64,000 nt of DNA from Bacteroidetes bacterium GWF2_29_10 (GTDB lineage: Bacteria; Bacteroidota; Bacteroidia; Bacteroidales; GWE2-29-8): contig MEOD01000084.1 of the NCBI GenBank assembly GCA_001768555.1, positions 175 through 64,174 on the forward strand. The letters are read 5' to 3'. Shown here piece after piece: positions 48,038 to 58,174 of this stretch. Below the pieces are notes generated by a model that saw only the letters and a program-made list of their open reading frames with translations, made no database searches and was not told where the DNA came from. Position numbers and translations under genes: made by a program. Each line of letters opens with the position of its first letter. Within the stretch, counting starts at the first letter, position 1.

Positions 48038-48727
48038 ATGAGAATATTATTTATTACTTTTTTACTATTTAATTTAGCTACTCATATATTTTCTCAAAAT
48101 TATGACATAATATATCCTATCAAAGAAAATTTTGAAAAGAATATGGATATTTATGATGCGAAACAAAACAAAATCGCTTATTCCAATTTAAAATATAATA
48201 GCATTGAAAGTGTAAACGGATTAACAAAAATAAACGTATTAATAAAAAAATACGACACTACAAATAATGTTATTGAACAAAAAAATTATAACGTTATTTT
48301 TTCTGATACTTCATTAATGGTTGACATTAAATCGTTCGCAGAGGAAGGCTTTAATAATCAAAAAAACAATATTGAAATTATTGAAAACAATATTATTTTC
48401 CCAAAATATTTGAGTGCAAAATCAAAGCTTCCAGAGGCAAACTTATTTATAAAGAAAGATACGAAAACTACAAGCAATTCTTATGAAATAATCCTCAAAA
48501 ATAGAACAATTGAAGAGAATAAAGATATTGAAATTAATGGTCAAATATACAATTGCGTTAGGATTAATTACAATATGGTCATTAATTTTAGCTTAATGAG
48601 TATGAGTAAATCTATGACATTTGAAATAATGGATTACTTTTACTCAAATATAGGACTAATTAAGTCAGAAATGTTCAATGAGAATGGAAAATTATTAACA
48701 ACAACAATTTTAAGAAATTATAAGTAG
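48038..48727 (+). CDS. Hypothetical exported protein (DUF3108-like beta-rich)
   Basis: Signal peptide; YFYSNIGLIKSEMFNENGKL C-terminus. Confidence 0.6.
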   Translation: MRILFITFLLFNLATHIFSQNYDIIYPIKENFEKNMDIYDAKQNKIAYSNLKYNSIESVNGLTKINVLIKKYDTTNNVIEQKNYNVIFSDTSLMVDIKSFAEEGFNNQKNNIEIIENNIIFPKYLSAKSKLPEANLFIKKDTKTTSNSYEIILKNRTIEENKDIEINGQIYNCVRINYNMVINFSLMSMSKSMTFEIMDYFYSNIGLIKSEMFNENGKLLTTTILRNYK

Positions 48728-48729
48728 AG

Positions 48730-50037
48730 GTGTTTTATAGTAAATTACTTGATAAACTTTTAAAATCTAAATTATTTAAAAATTCGGCTATATATACAAT
48801 AACGAATGTTTTAAATAAGTCAATACCATTTCTTTTGATTCCTATTCTGACACGTTATTTATCCACTGAAAGCTATGGAATTATTGCAATGTTTACTGTT
48901 CTTGTTGGATTCGTAGGACCTTTTACTGGATTGAGCATACATGGTGCTGTTCAACTTAAATATTACAAAAAAGAAGAAACCGATTTCCCTGTTTATCTAA
49001 CGAATAGTCTTTTAGTATTAATTTGCAGCACTACTATTACTTCTATATTTATTTATTTGTTTGCAAATCAGATAGAATCTCTTTCTGGATTTCCTAAAAC
49101 ATGGTTTTGGTCTATTGTACTATTCTCTTTTTTTCAATTTATCTATTTTGTTTTGCTTTTTATTTGGCAAGCAAAGCAAAGTGCATTTAATTATGGAATA
49201 TATCAGATTTTAACAACAATACTTAATTTTGGATTATCATTATTACTTGTTATTCCTATTGGTAATTATAATGGGTTTGACTGGCAGGGACGAATATTAG
49301 GGCAGGTAATATCTATGATACTTTCAGGGCTTGTTGCATTGTATATTATTTACAAGTATAATTTCATAAAGTTTAAATTTAACAAACAATATATCAGAGA
49401 CGCCTTAAGAATTGGTCTGCCTATGATTCCTCATGCTTTTGGAGCAATTGTGGTAACAATGGTTGACAGGTTTTTTATAACAAACATAAAAGGTTTGCAT
49501 GAAACTGGGATTTACACTTTAGGTTTTCAAATAGGAATGATTATAATGCTCATTCAAGACGCATTTAATATGGCTTATGTCCCGTATCTATTTGAAAAAT
49601 TAAAAAAAGGAGATGAGAACGATAAAATACGTTTAGTAAAGTTTACTTATTTATATTTTTTAGCAATAATAATTATTGTTTTTATATTTAGTTATATTGT
49701 TTCGTTGGTTTTTCCTTATTTTGTTGGAGAAAAATTCACTAATTCATTGCCTTTTGTTTTTTGGATTGCTTTAGGTTTTGCATTTAATGGGATGTATAAA
49801 ATGGTTGTAAATTACATTTTCTATATAGAAAAAACTTATTTAATTGCCGTCGTGACTTTCTCAACTGCAATAGTTAATGTTATTTTGTGTTATTTCCTTA
49901 TAAATCATTTTGGCACTATAGGGGCAGCTTATTCGAGTTGCATTAGTTGGTTTGTTTGTTTTTTACTTGCTTGGAGCTTTAGTGCAAAAGTTTATCCTAT
50001 GCCATGGCTTTATTTTTTAAGAAAAACTAATGTATGA
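48730..50037 (+). CDS. wzx: Polysaccharide flippase (Wzx/MOP family)
   Basis: KNSAIYT...PFLLIPILTRYLSTESYG, VDRFFI, TGIYTLG; about 12 TMs. Confidence 0.9.
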   Translation: MFYSKLLDKLLKSKLFKNSAIYTITNVLNKSIPFLLIPILTRYLSTESYGIIAMFTVLVGFVGPFTGLSIHGAVQLKYYKKEETDFPVYLTNSLLVLICSTTITSIFIYLFANQIESLSGFPKTWFWSIVLFSFFQFIYFVLLFIWQAKQSAFNYGIYQILTTILNFGLSLLLVIPIGNYNGFDWQGRILGQVISMILSGLVALYIIYKYNFIKFKFNKQYIRDALRIGLPMIPHAFGAIVVTMVDRFFITNIKGLHETGIYTLGFQIGMIIMLIQDAFNMAYVPYLFEKLKKGDENDKIRLVKFTYLYFLAIIIIVFIFSYIVSLVFPYFVGEKFTNSLPFVFWIALGFAFNGMYKMVVNYIFYIEKTYLIAVVTFSTAIVNVILCYFLINHFGTIGAAYSSCISWFVCFLLAWSFSAKVYPMPWLYFLRKTNV

Positions 50038-51044
50038 AAAGTATTTTTATTGTTAATTCACCTTTACAACTTTTAAACGCATCGGAAGCTAGAGCTTACT
50101 TTAAGATAGATAATTGTATTTTAATTATTAAGGGAAGTAATAATAAAATACATAATGCTCAAATAAATAAAATACTGGAAATCTGGAAATGGGATAATAT
50201 CGTAAGATTACCTCTAATAAAAGGATTAAGCTACTTTAGAGATATCATTTATTTAAAGTATTTAACTCTAAAAAAGGAAAGATACGAGTATTTATTTTTT
50301 GGTGATTATAGCCCTATAACTTTACGTATTTATGCAATTAATTTAATGGCGGACAATGTGATATTGCTTGATGACGGGTTAGTTACAATTACTATAACAA
50401 AACAATATCTATCTGAAAATAATTACATCGATTATGTGTATAGCCCTATTGGAGATAAAATTCGTAAGATAATTGCAAATACATTGTTTCTAAAAACAAA
50501 ATTTAGAAACAAAATCGACTTGTTCTCTTGTTATAATGTTAACACTCACAAAGGGCAGAATCTATTTGTCAATAAATACGACTTAGTAAACAAAATTTTC
50601 GAAAAAGAAGAGTATGCTATTGATAAAACAAATATTTACTTTATAGGTGCACAATACGTTGAAATGGGAATTATTTGCATCGAAAATTACATCAAAATAT
50701 TTGAAAAATTAATCGAAACATACCCCGACAAAAGGATTATATACGTCCCACACAGATTCGAAAACGAAGAAAAACTAAACAAACTAGCTAAATTAAATAT
50801 CGAAGTCCGACATTTTGACAATATATTTGAATTAGAATTCATTTTTATGAAAATATACCCTGTTAATATATTAGGATTCTTAAGTTCGGCAATGGTTACA
50901 ATGCAATGTATATATAAGCAAGCAAACATTATCAACATCAACTTAAATGAAAAATACATTGAACCAAAATTCAAAGAAACATTTGCAAATCTCCAAGAAT
51001 CATACACTTTAGAAAACAACATTAAATCTATTTTAATCGAATAA
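50034..51044 (+). CDS. Putative sialyltransferase/nonulosonate transferase-like glycosyltransferase
   Basis: NSPLQLLNA N-terminus, LLDDG (D/E-D/E-G motif), YVPHR, GFLSSA. Confidence 0.6.
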   Translation: MKSIFIVNSPLQLLNASEARAYFKIDNCILIIKGSNNKIHNAQINKILEIWKWDNIVRLPLIKGLSYFRDIIYLKYLTLKKERYEYLFFGDYSPITLRIYAINLMADNVILLDDGLVTITITKQYLSENNYIDYVYSPIGDKIRKIIANTLFLKTKFRNKIDLFSCYNVNTHKGQNLFVNKYDLVNKIFEKEEYAIDKTNIYFIGAQYVEMGIICIENYIKIFEKLIETYPDKRIIYVPHRFENEEKLNKLAKLNIEVRHFDNIFELEFIFMKIYPVNILGFLSSAMVTMQCIYKQANIININLNEKYIEPKFKETFANLQESYTLENNIKSILIE

Positions 51045-51055
51045 AACTGTTTCCA

Positions 51056-51679
51056 ATGCAATTTCTTCTCTATTTTATCATTGCTTATCTTGTCGGTTCA
51101 ATCCCTAACGCAGTATGGATTGGAAAATTATTCTTCAACACTGACGTTCGCAATTTTGGAAGTAAAAATGCTGGCGCAACAAATACAATTCGTGTTTTAG
51201 GTACTAAAATTGGGGTAACCGTACTTATTCTTGACATATTGAAAGGCGTATTAGCAACTAACATCCCATTCTTTTTTAATTATAACAATATAAACCCTGA
51301 CAACCAATTAAACATTGAATACGCCTGCGGTATTATTGCCGTATTTGGGCATATATTCCCAATATTTGCTCAATTTAAAGGAGGAAAAGGAGTTGCAACT
51401 CTACTTGGGGTTTGCATTGCTTTGTTACCATTGCCTGTTTTGGGTTCTTTAATCGTATTTATTATCGTATTTATTATTACTCGTTACGTATCTTTGAGTT
51501 CTATGTTTGCAGCTGTTTTATTGCCTTTTTTCAGTATCATAATCTTCTCTAACAATGCAACAAGCCAAATCATATTCACTTGCTTAATTGCTGTAATAGT
51601 TCCTATTACCCATCTAAAAAACATCAAAAGATTATTAAATGGCACTGAAAGCAAATTTGTTTTTAGAAAAAATAAATGA
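51056..51679 (+). CDS. plsY: Glycerol-3-phosphate acyltransferase
   Basis: YLVGSIP, GSKNAGATN, DILKG, GHIFPIF...FKGGKGVAT, HLKNIKRL. Confidence 0.97.
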   Translation: MQFLLYFIIAYLVGSIPNAVWIGKLFFNTDVRNFGSKNAGATNTIRVLGTKIGVTVLILDILKGVLATNIPFFFNYNNINPDNQLNIEYACGIIAVFGHIFPIFAQFKGGKGVATLLGVCIALLPLPVLGSLIVFIIVFIITRYVSLSSMFAAVLLPFFSIIIFSNNATSQIIFTCLIAVIVPITHLKNIKRLLNGTESKFVFRKNK

Positions 51680-51830
51680 TGATATTAAAAAAACATACTA
51701 CATAAAACATATCCTAGTAAATCTTCTGCATCACGAAATATTTACGGAAATATACACTAAATACATATAAAATAGTAAAATTACACACTTATTTATTCAA
51801 ATTTAAATATTTAAAAAAAATACTTTTATA

Positions 51831-51862
51831 TTTGCAAAATTGTATAATTTTTCGTATCTTTG
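51831..51862 (+). promoter_or_regulatory. Consensus Bacteroidota promoter (-33 TTTG, 20-nt spacer, -7 TATCTTTG)
   Basis: TTTG 51831-51834, TATCTTTG 51855-51862. Confidence 0.7.
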
Positions 51863-51965
51863 GGAAAAATTATACTGCTTTTATAAATATATAATAAAAA
51901 AAAGCGTTATTATATATTAATTATGAAAAAGCTTATATAAAATGGACTTTTAATTTTTATTTTAA

Positions 51966-54900
51966 ATGAATAAAATTTTTATTATAATACTATCCTTTAT
52001 TCTTAGCATTAATCTTTCTGCTCAATTAATCGTAGAAGTTGGATCACCTCCATGTTCGGGGTATGTTGATCAATTAGTAAAAAATGTATTCGCTGGTAAT
52101 GGAGTTGAAGTCTTTAATGTTAAGTTTACAGGAAAATGTGTTACAACAGATAATAAATCTGCAATTTTAAAATTTACTACTGGAGTAAACTCTACTGGCT
52201 TAGGTATTGCTTCTGGAATTATTATGTCAACAGGTCATGCTGGAGATGCAACAGGACCAAATAATACAAAAGGAAAATCATCAGACTGGGGACGTGTAGG
52301 GGATGTTGATTTAGACAAATTAGTATATCCTTACGATTCTAAAGATGCAGCTGTATTAGAATTTGATTTTATTCCAACTTCTAGTAAGTTAGAATTTAAA
52401 TACGTTTTTGCTTCAGAAGAATTTCCAGAATGGGTTGGATATGATTATAATGACGTATTTGGATTTTTTATTAGTGGTCCAAAACCTGGAGGGGGAACAT
52501 ATAATACAAAAAATATAGCCTTAATTCCTGGCACAACAAATATACCTGTAACTATAAACAATCTAGTGTTATATCCTCAATATTATAGGGATAACCCAGA
52601 AGGTAATCAATTTATACAATTTGATGGTTTATCTACAGTGCTTCCAGCTACAATAGATGTTATTCCTTGTCAAACTTATCACATGAAATTAGCAATATCA
52701 GATGTTTATGATGGGACTTATGATTCTGGTGTATTCTTAGCTGAAAAAAGTTTTGAAGCTAAATCTGTAGGTGTAATAAAAAAAACGGATACAGCTGTAA
52801 CTGGTATTTACCTTGGAGATACAGCTATAGAAGGTTGCACAAGAAGCAAAATAACATTGTCTTTTCCTGAACCTGTTGTTATGGCAACTCAAGTCAAATT
52901 TACAAGTGTTGATGGAACTGCTACGTCTGGAACTGACTATAAGCCAAATATAAAAGACACTGTATTTTATTTTGCTATAGGAGAACAGTTTAAAACTATA
53001 TACATAGACCCTATTTACGATGCTGTTTCTGAAAGTTTGGAAAGTATATTATTAACAATTGATCAATCAATTTGTAGTAAAAATATGATAAGTACAGACT
53101 CTTTTTATATAAAAGATTACACAAAACTCACTGAAACATTAAGTAATGATCAATTTTTATGTAGTGGAAAATCCGTCAACTTAATTTCCTCTTTAACAGG
53201 GGGGTATCCTCCTTATTTTTTCAAATGGTCAAATGGAGAAAATAAAGACAAAACTACACATACATCCGATACAATAACAGTTTCTCCAGCTACTACAACT
53301 ACATATTTTGTTACAGCCTCTGATGCTTGCGGGAAATCAATTCAAGATACAGTAGTTATTACTGTTGCATCTGGAACAATAAGCATGAGTGACGATACAA
53401 CAATATGTAAAGGCTCTGCCGCAACATTAATAGCTTATGAAGGGACAAACTTATCATGGAGCACAAGCCCTATAAAAACTACTTCTTCAATAGTTGAAAG
53501 CCCTCTTGTTGATACAAAATACACAATCACTTTTACTGATAAAAATGGGTGTACGGGTACGGATGAAGTTAATGTAAAAGTAAATAATGTGCCAACGGTT
53601 ACTGCTCAATTAGATAAAACACAAATATGTATTGGCAATCCTGTTACATTATCAGCAATAGGAGCAAGCACATATATTTGGACTGCAACACCCACTGCAA
53701 CTATAAGCAATATTGCATCTCAATCAATTACTCCTTTGGATAATACAACATATAAGGTTACAGGAACCGACAATAACGGTTGTACAAACACTTCTTCTGC
53801 TTCAATAATAGTTGATAAAGGTGTAACTGCTGATTTTACAATAGATAAAAAACAAGTATGTAATCCAGATTCTGTTATTGTAAAATATACTGGTAGCGGA
53901 ACAGATTCTTCCGTATATCAATGGAACTTTTATGGTGCAACAATAAAATCAGGTACAGGAAAAGGTCCTTATAAATTATTATTGAATAGTACAGGAAAAC
54001 AATACATTGATTTAAAAGTTCTCGACAAAGGATGCCCTAGTTTGTTAAAAAGAGATAGTGTTATGGTTTATGATGTTCCGAATACTGATTTCTTCTATTC
54101 GGACACCACTGCTTGTCCCCCAACAGTGAGTGTGAAATATGAAGATAACTCAACGGCTACATCAGCTATGACATTTGCATGGAATTTTACAAGTGGCACA
54201 CCTGCCACATCAACAAGTCCTAATCCTGTTGTTGTTTACAATAATTCTGGTGCTTACAATGTAAAATTAACTGTAACGTCTGGAATATGCTCTACATTTA
54301 AAGAAAAGACTGTAAATATTGTTAAGTTTAGCAACCCTACAATACAAGTTACTCCTAAAAATGACACTATATGTATTTACGGTCAAATACAATTAAATGC
54401 AACTGGTGCTAAAACTTATGTTTGGGATAATAAAAGTTCATTGGATAATGAAAAAATATATAACCCTAAAGCAAATCCTATCTTGACTACAACTTACACC
54501 GTAACTGGAACAGATAGTAACTCTTGTACGAATACAAATAATCTTATTATAAATGTTGATAATGGGCCTACTACAGATTTTACGGTATCATCTAATGATG
54601 TGTGTCAAAGGTCTAACATAACAATTACATACACAGGAAATGCTTCTAATAATGGTATTTTTACATGGGGTTTTGATAATGCAGACATTATTTCTGGCTC
54701 AGGAAAAGGTCCTTATGTAGTTAAATGGGAAAATACGGGGCAAAAAAATATTACTCTTGATATAGTTGACAAAACTTGTTCTAGTTTAGTTCAAACAAAG
54801 AAAAGCATTAATGTCGAAGCTGTTCCTGTTGTAGACTTCTCGGTAACTGATACATCTGGTTGTCCTCCTACTGTAAGTGTAAAATTTCATGACAATACAA

Positions 54901-57104
54901 CTAACTTAGGAGCATCTCCTACTTACTTGTGGAATTTTACAAGTGGCATACCAACAACATCTTCTGGTCAGAATCCTACTATTGGATATAACGCTTCGGG
55001 TGTATACAATGTAAAACTAACTGTAACATCTGGGATATGTTCAGCATTCATTAATAAATCAATAAATGTTGTTAAATTTGTAAATCCTACAATAGTTCTT
55101 AATCCAACAAATGATACTATATGTATTTATGGTGAAATACAATTAAATGCTAGTGGTGCAAAAACATACATTTGGGATAATACAACTTCTTTAGATAATG
55201 GTACTCTTTCTAATCCTAAGGCAAAACCAACTGTAACTACAACATATACCGTAATAGGTACGGACGATAATTCTTGCACTAATACGAATTCAGTTGTAAT
55301 AAATGTTGACAATGGGCCAACTACAGACTTTGATGTGTCAACAAACGATACTTGTCAAAGGTCGGAAATTATAGTTACGTATAAAGGAAATGCTTCTAAT
55401 AATGCAACTTTTACATGGGGATTTGATAATGCAGATATAATTTCTGGAACAGGAAAAGGGCCATACATACTAAAATGGGATAATACTGGGTTAAAAAACA
55501 TTACTCTTGATGCTGTTGATCGAACTTGTCCAAGTTTATCACAAACAAAAAGAACTATTAACATACAACCTGTTCCTATTGCGAATTTTTCAGTAACAGA
55601 TACTTCTGGTTGTCCGCCTTCTATTAAAGCTCAGTTTTATGACAATTCTACTAATTTAGGTTCAAATATTATTTATGATTGGAATTTTGGTAATGAAAAC
55701 AAATCTAACTTAACTAACCCTACAAATGATTATACTTCAAAAAATACCTACAATGTTACTCTTAATGTAAAATCTGGGAAATGTACTGGCTCTATAACAA
55801 AGCCTGTGTTTATTGATATGTATGAAGATCCAAATGTAGGTATAGGAGCAAAAAGGACAACAGTTTGCGTTAATGAAGCTGTAAAACTTACTCCAACAGG
55901 AGCAAACACATACATGTGGACATCAAACCCTATTGATGCAAACTTAGCTCCAAACTCTAATAGCCCTAATGTTTTCCCTACAATTACAACTACTTATTAC
56001 GTCACAGGAACAGATCTTAGTGGATGTACAAATAAAGCAAATCTAGTTATTACAGTTGATCCAGGACCTACTTCTAATTTTACTATTTCAAGTTATAAAG
56101 CCTGTTTAAATGATAATGTTATAATAAAATATACAGGCTCAGGTATAGATAAAGATACATTTAACTGGAATTTCTCTGATGCTAAAATAATTTCAGGAAC
56201 AGGCAGGGGGCCTTATACTCTAATTTGGGATACATCAGGAGTTAAACGAATAACACTAACTCCTATTTCTCAATATGGATGTTCAGGACAAACAAATACT
56301 GATTCGTTAATGGTGTATGATGTGCCTAGAGTTTATTTTTATTCGAATAATAATGAAGGTTGTCCTCCATTAGTTATAGAATTTACAGATTCATCGCAGA
56401 GATTAGCTCCTCCAATTGAATATAAGTGGAATTTCGATGACGGACAAAGTGCATCAAGTAAAAAAATAGTCCATGTATTTACTGATCCTGGTTATTATGA
56501 TATTTCATTAGAAGTTACATCAGGGGTTTGTTCTAGCACAAAAACTAAAGATTCAATGATTTATGTGTATCCAGTTCCATCTGCAAAATACTTTGCAAAT
56601 CCTTACGAGGTATCAATATTTAGCCCTACTTCAATCTTTATGGATGAGTCAACAAAAGCTGACTCTATAAGATGGATTCTATGGAACGATTCTATTGTTA
56701 ATAGTAAAATATGGAGCTATACGTTTGGAGATACAGGAATCTATAATTTTTCATTAATAGCCATTAACGATCTTGGCTGTACCGATTCAACTTACGGACA
56801 TATTGTTGTAAATCCAGATTATGCAATCTATGCTCCAAACTCATTTACTCCAAATGATGATGGGAAAAATGATATTTATAAAGTATATGGTGTAGGAATT
56901 ACTCAATTTGAAATAATGGTATTTAATCGTTGGGGACAAATCGTTTACCAAGCTGACAATATAGATTTTGAATGGGATGGCAAATCAACATTAAAAGGCA
57001 AACTATGTGAGGAAGGAATATATTTATATAAAATATCATTCACTAATAATTTAAATAAGCGAAAAACCATGTACGGTAGAATAGCTCTTATCAGAAGAAA
57101 TTAA
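51966..57104 (+). CDS. T9SS type-B (CHU_C/gliding-motility CTD) surface protein with choice-of-anchor L-like N-terminus, Calx-beta-like and PKD repeats
   Basis: DAAVLEFDFIP...YVFASEEF...YNDVFGFFISGP; GTATSGTDY; PKD WNFDDG; CTD YAPNSFTPNDDGKND...VFNRWGQ...W DG...EGIYLYKI. Confidence 0.9.
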   Translation: MNKIFIIILSFILSINLSAQLIVEVGSPPCSGYVDQLVKNVFAGNGVEVFNVKFTGKCVTTDNKSAILKFTTGVNSTGLGIASGIIMSTGHAGDATGPNNTKGKSSDWGRVGDVDLDKLVYPYDSKDAAVLEFDFIPTSSKLEFKYVFASEEFPEWVGYDYNDVFGFFISGPKPGGGTYNTKNIALIPGTTNIPVTINNLVLYPQYYRDNPEGNQFIQFDGLSTVLPATIDVIPCQTYHMKLAISDVYDGTYDSGVFLAEKSFEAKSVGVIKKTDTAVTGIYLGDTAIEGCTRSKITLSFPEPVVMATQVKFTSVDGTATSGTDYKPNIKDTVFYFAIGEQFKTIYIDPIYDAVSESLESILLTIDQSICSKNMISTDSFYIKDYTKLTETLSNDQFLCSGKSVNLISSLTGGYPPYFFKWSNGENKDKTTHTSDTITVSPATTTTYFVTASDACGKSIQDTVVITVASGTISMSDDTTICKGSAATLIAYEGTNLSWSTSPIKTTSSIVESPLVDTKYTITFTDKNGCTGTDEVNVKVNNVPTVTAQLDKTQICIGNPVTLSAIGASTYIWTATPTATISNIASQSITPLDNTTYKVTGTDNNGCTNTSSASIIVDKGVTADFTIDKKQVCNPDSVIVKYTGSGTDSSVYQWNFYGATIKSGTGKGPYKLLLNSTGKQYIDLKVLDKGCPSLLKRDSVMVYDVPNTDFFYSDTTACPPTVSVKYEDNSTATSAMTFAWNFTSGTPATSTSPNPVVVYNNSGAYNVKLTVTSGICSTFKEKTVNIVKFSNPTIQVTPKNDTICIYGQIQLNATGAKTYVWDNKSSLDNEKIYNPKANPILTTTYTVTGTDSNSCTNTNNLIINVDNGPTTDFTVSSNDVCQRSNITITYTGNASNNGIFTWGFDNADIISGSGKGPYVVKWENTGQKNITLDIVDKTCSSLVQTKKSINVEAVPVVDFSVTDTSGCPPTVSVKFHDNTTNLGASPTYLWNFTSGIPTTSSGQNPTIGYNASGVYNVKLTVTSGICSAFINKSINVVKFVNPTIVLNPTNDTICIYGEIQLNASGAKTYIWDNTTSLDNGTLSNPKAKPTVTTTYTVIGTDDNSCTNTNSVVINVDNGPTTDFDVSTNDTCQRSEIIVTYKGNASNNATFTWGFDNADIISGTGKGPYILKWDNTGLKNITLDAVDRTCPSLSQTKRTINIQPVPIANFSVTDTSGCPPSIKAQFYDNSTNLGSNIIYDWNFGNENKSNLTNPTNDYTSKNTYNVTLNVKSGKCTGSITKPVFIDMYEDPNVGIGAKRTTVCVNEAVKLTPTGANTYMWTSNPIDANLAPNSNSPNVFPTITTTYYVTGTDLSGCTNKANLVITVDPGPTSNFTISSYKACLNDNVIIKYTGSGIDKDTFNWNFSDAKIISGTGRGPYTLIWDTSGVKRITLTPISQYGCSGQTNTDSLMVYDVPRVYFYSNNNEGCPPLVIEFTDSSQRLAPPIEYKWNFDDGQSASSKKIVHVFTDPGYYDISLEVTSGVCSSTKTKDSMIYVYPVPSAKYFANPYEVSIFSPTSIFMDESTKADSIRWILWNDSIVNSKIWSYTFGDTGIYNFSLIAINDLGCTDSTYGHIVVNPDYAIYAPNSFTPNDDGKNDIYKVYGVGITQFEIMVFNRWGQIVYQADNIDFEWDGKSTLKGKLCEEGIYLYKISFTNNLNKRKTMYGRIALIRRN

Positions 57105-57129
57105 TTCATAACAATTTAGATACAGAAAT

Positions 57130-57435
57130 ATGTTCAATAACTTATTAGGCAACTTGGGGAAAGCTCAGGAAAAGATGAAAGAAATAAAAGACAGACTAGA
57201 AACAATAGAAGTTACAGGCGAAGTTGAAAATGTAAAAGTAATTGCGAATGGCAATAAAGTAATAAAAAATATTATAATCAATGATGCAATGATGTCCGCA
57301 TCTCAAAAAGAAGAATTGGAAGAGTTGTTAGTTGTAGCAATCAATAGGTCTTTAAAAAACGCTGAAAATGTTTATGATGCTGAAATGAAATCAATGGCTA
57401 AAGAATTAATGCCAAGCATGCCAGGGATGTTTTAA
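57130..57435 (+). CDS. ybaB: Nucleoid-associated protein YbaB/EbfC
   Basis: VKVIANG, LEELLVVAINRSL, C-terminal MPGMF. Confidence 0.9.
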   Translation: MFNNLLGNLGKAQEKMKEIKDRLETIEVTGEVENVKVIANGNKVIKNIIINDAMMSASQKEELEELLVVAINRSLKNAENVYDAEMKSMAKELMPSMPGMF

Positions 57436-57449
57436 TTAGAAATAAACAT

Positions 57450-58163
57450 ATGCAAAATAAAGATATTCAAAATAATTTAAATGATTTGAATGAATTATTT
57501 AATAAGTTAACTTCTCTTGAAATAATACAGAAAAGTAATGAATTATTTGAAACAGATGTAGTATTTTTAACTTCAATGGGGTTAGAAGATATGGTTATTT
57601 TGGATATGATAGTTAAATCTAAATCTGATATTAAAATTTTCACTATTGATACAGGAAGACTTTATAATGAAACATATTCTTTAATTAGCAAAACAGAACA
57701 AAAGTACAATACCAAAATAAATATTGTTTTTCCTAACAATAGCGAAGTTGAAGAAATGGTTAATAACAATAGCATAAATCTTTTTTATGAAAGCATAAAC
57801 AAAAGAAAATTGTGCTGTGAAATAAGAAAAATAAAACCATTAAAAAGAGTACTGTCAGATTCAAAAGCTTGGATTTGTGGTTTGCGTAAAACTCAGTCAA
57901 TTACCCGACATGATTTAAAAATTGCAGAGCATGATGTATTAAACAATCTGATAAAAATTAATCCATTATTAGATTGGACAGAGGAAATGGTTTGGAATTA
58001 CATAAAAGAAAACAATGTCCCATATAATATTTTACATGACAAAGGGTTCCCAAGTATAGGTTGTGCTCCATGCACTCGTGCAATAAAAAAGGATGAAGAT
58101 ATCAGAGCTGGCAGATGGTGGTGGGAATCTCCAGAAAATAAAGAATGTGGGTTACATAAATAA
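57450..58163 (+). CDS. cysH: Phosphoadenylyl-sulfate/adenylyl-sulfate reductase
   Basis: IDTGRL, CCEIRKIKPL, GFPSIGCAPCT, RAGRWWWE...KECGLH. Confidence 0.93.
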   Translation: MQNKDIQNNLNDLNELFNKLTSLEIIQKSNELFETDVVFLTSMGLEDMVILDMIVKSKSDIKIFTIDTGRLYNETYSLISKTEQKYNTKINIVFPNNSEVEEMVNNNSINLFYESINKRKLCCEIRKIKPLKRVLSDSKAWICGLRKTQSITRHDLKIAEHDVLNNLIKINPLLDWTEEMVWNYIKENNVPYNILHDKGFPSIGCAPCTRAIKKDEDIRAGRWWWESPENKECGLHK

Positions 58164-58174
58164 AGTTTTATATT

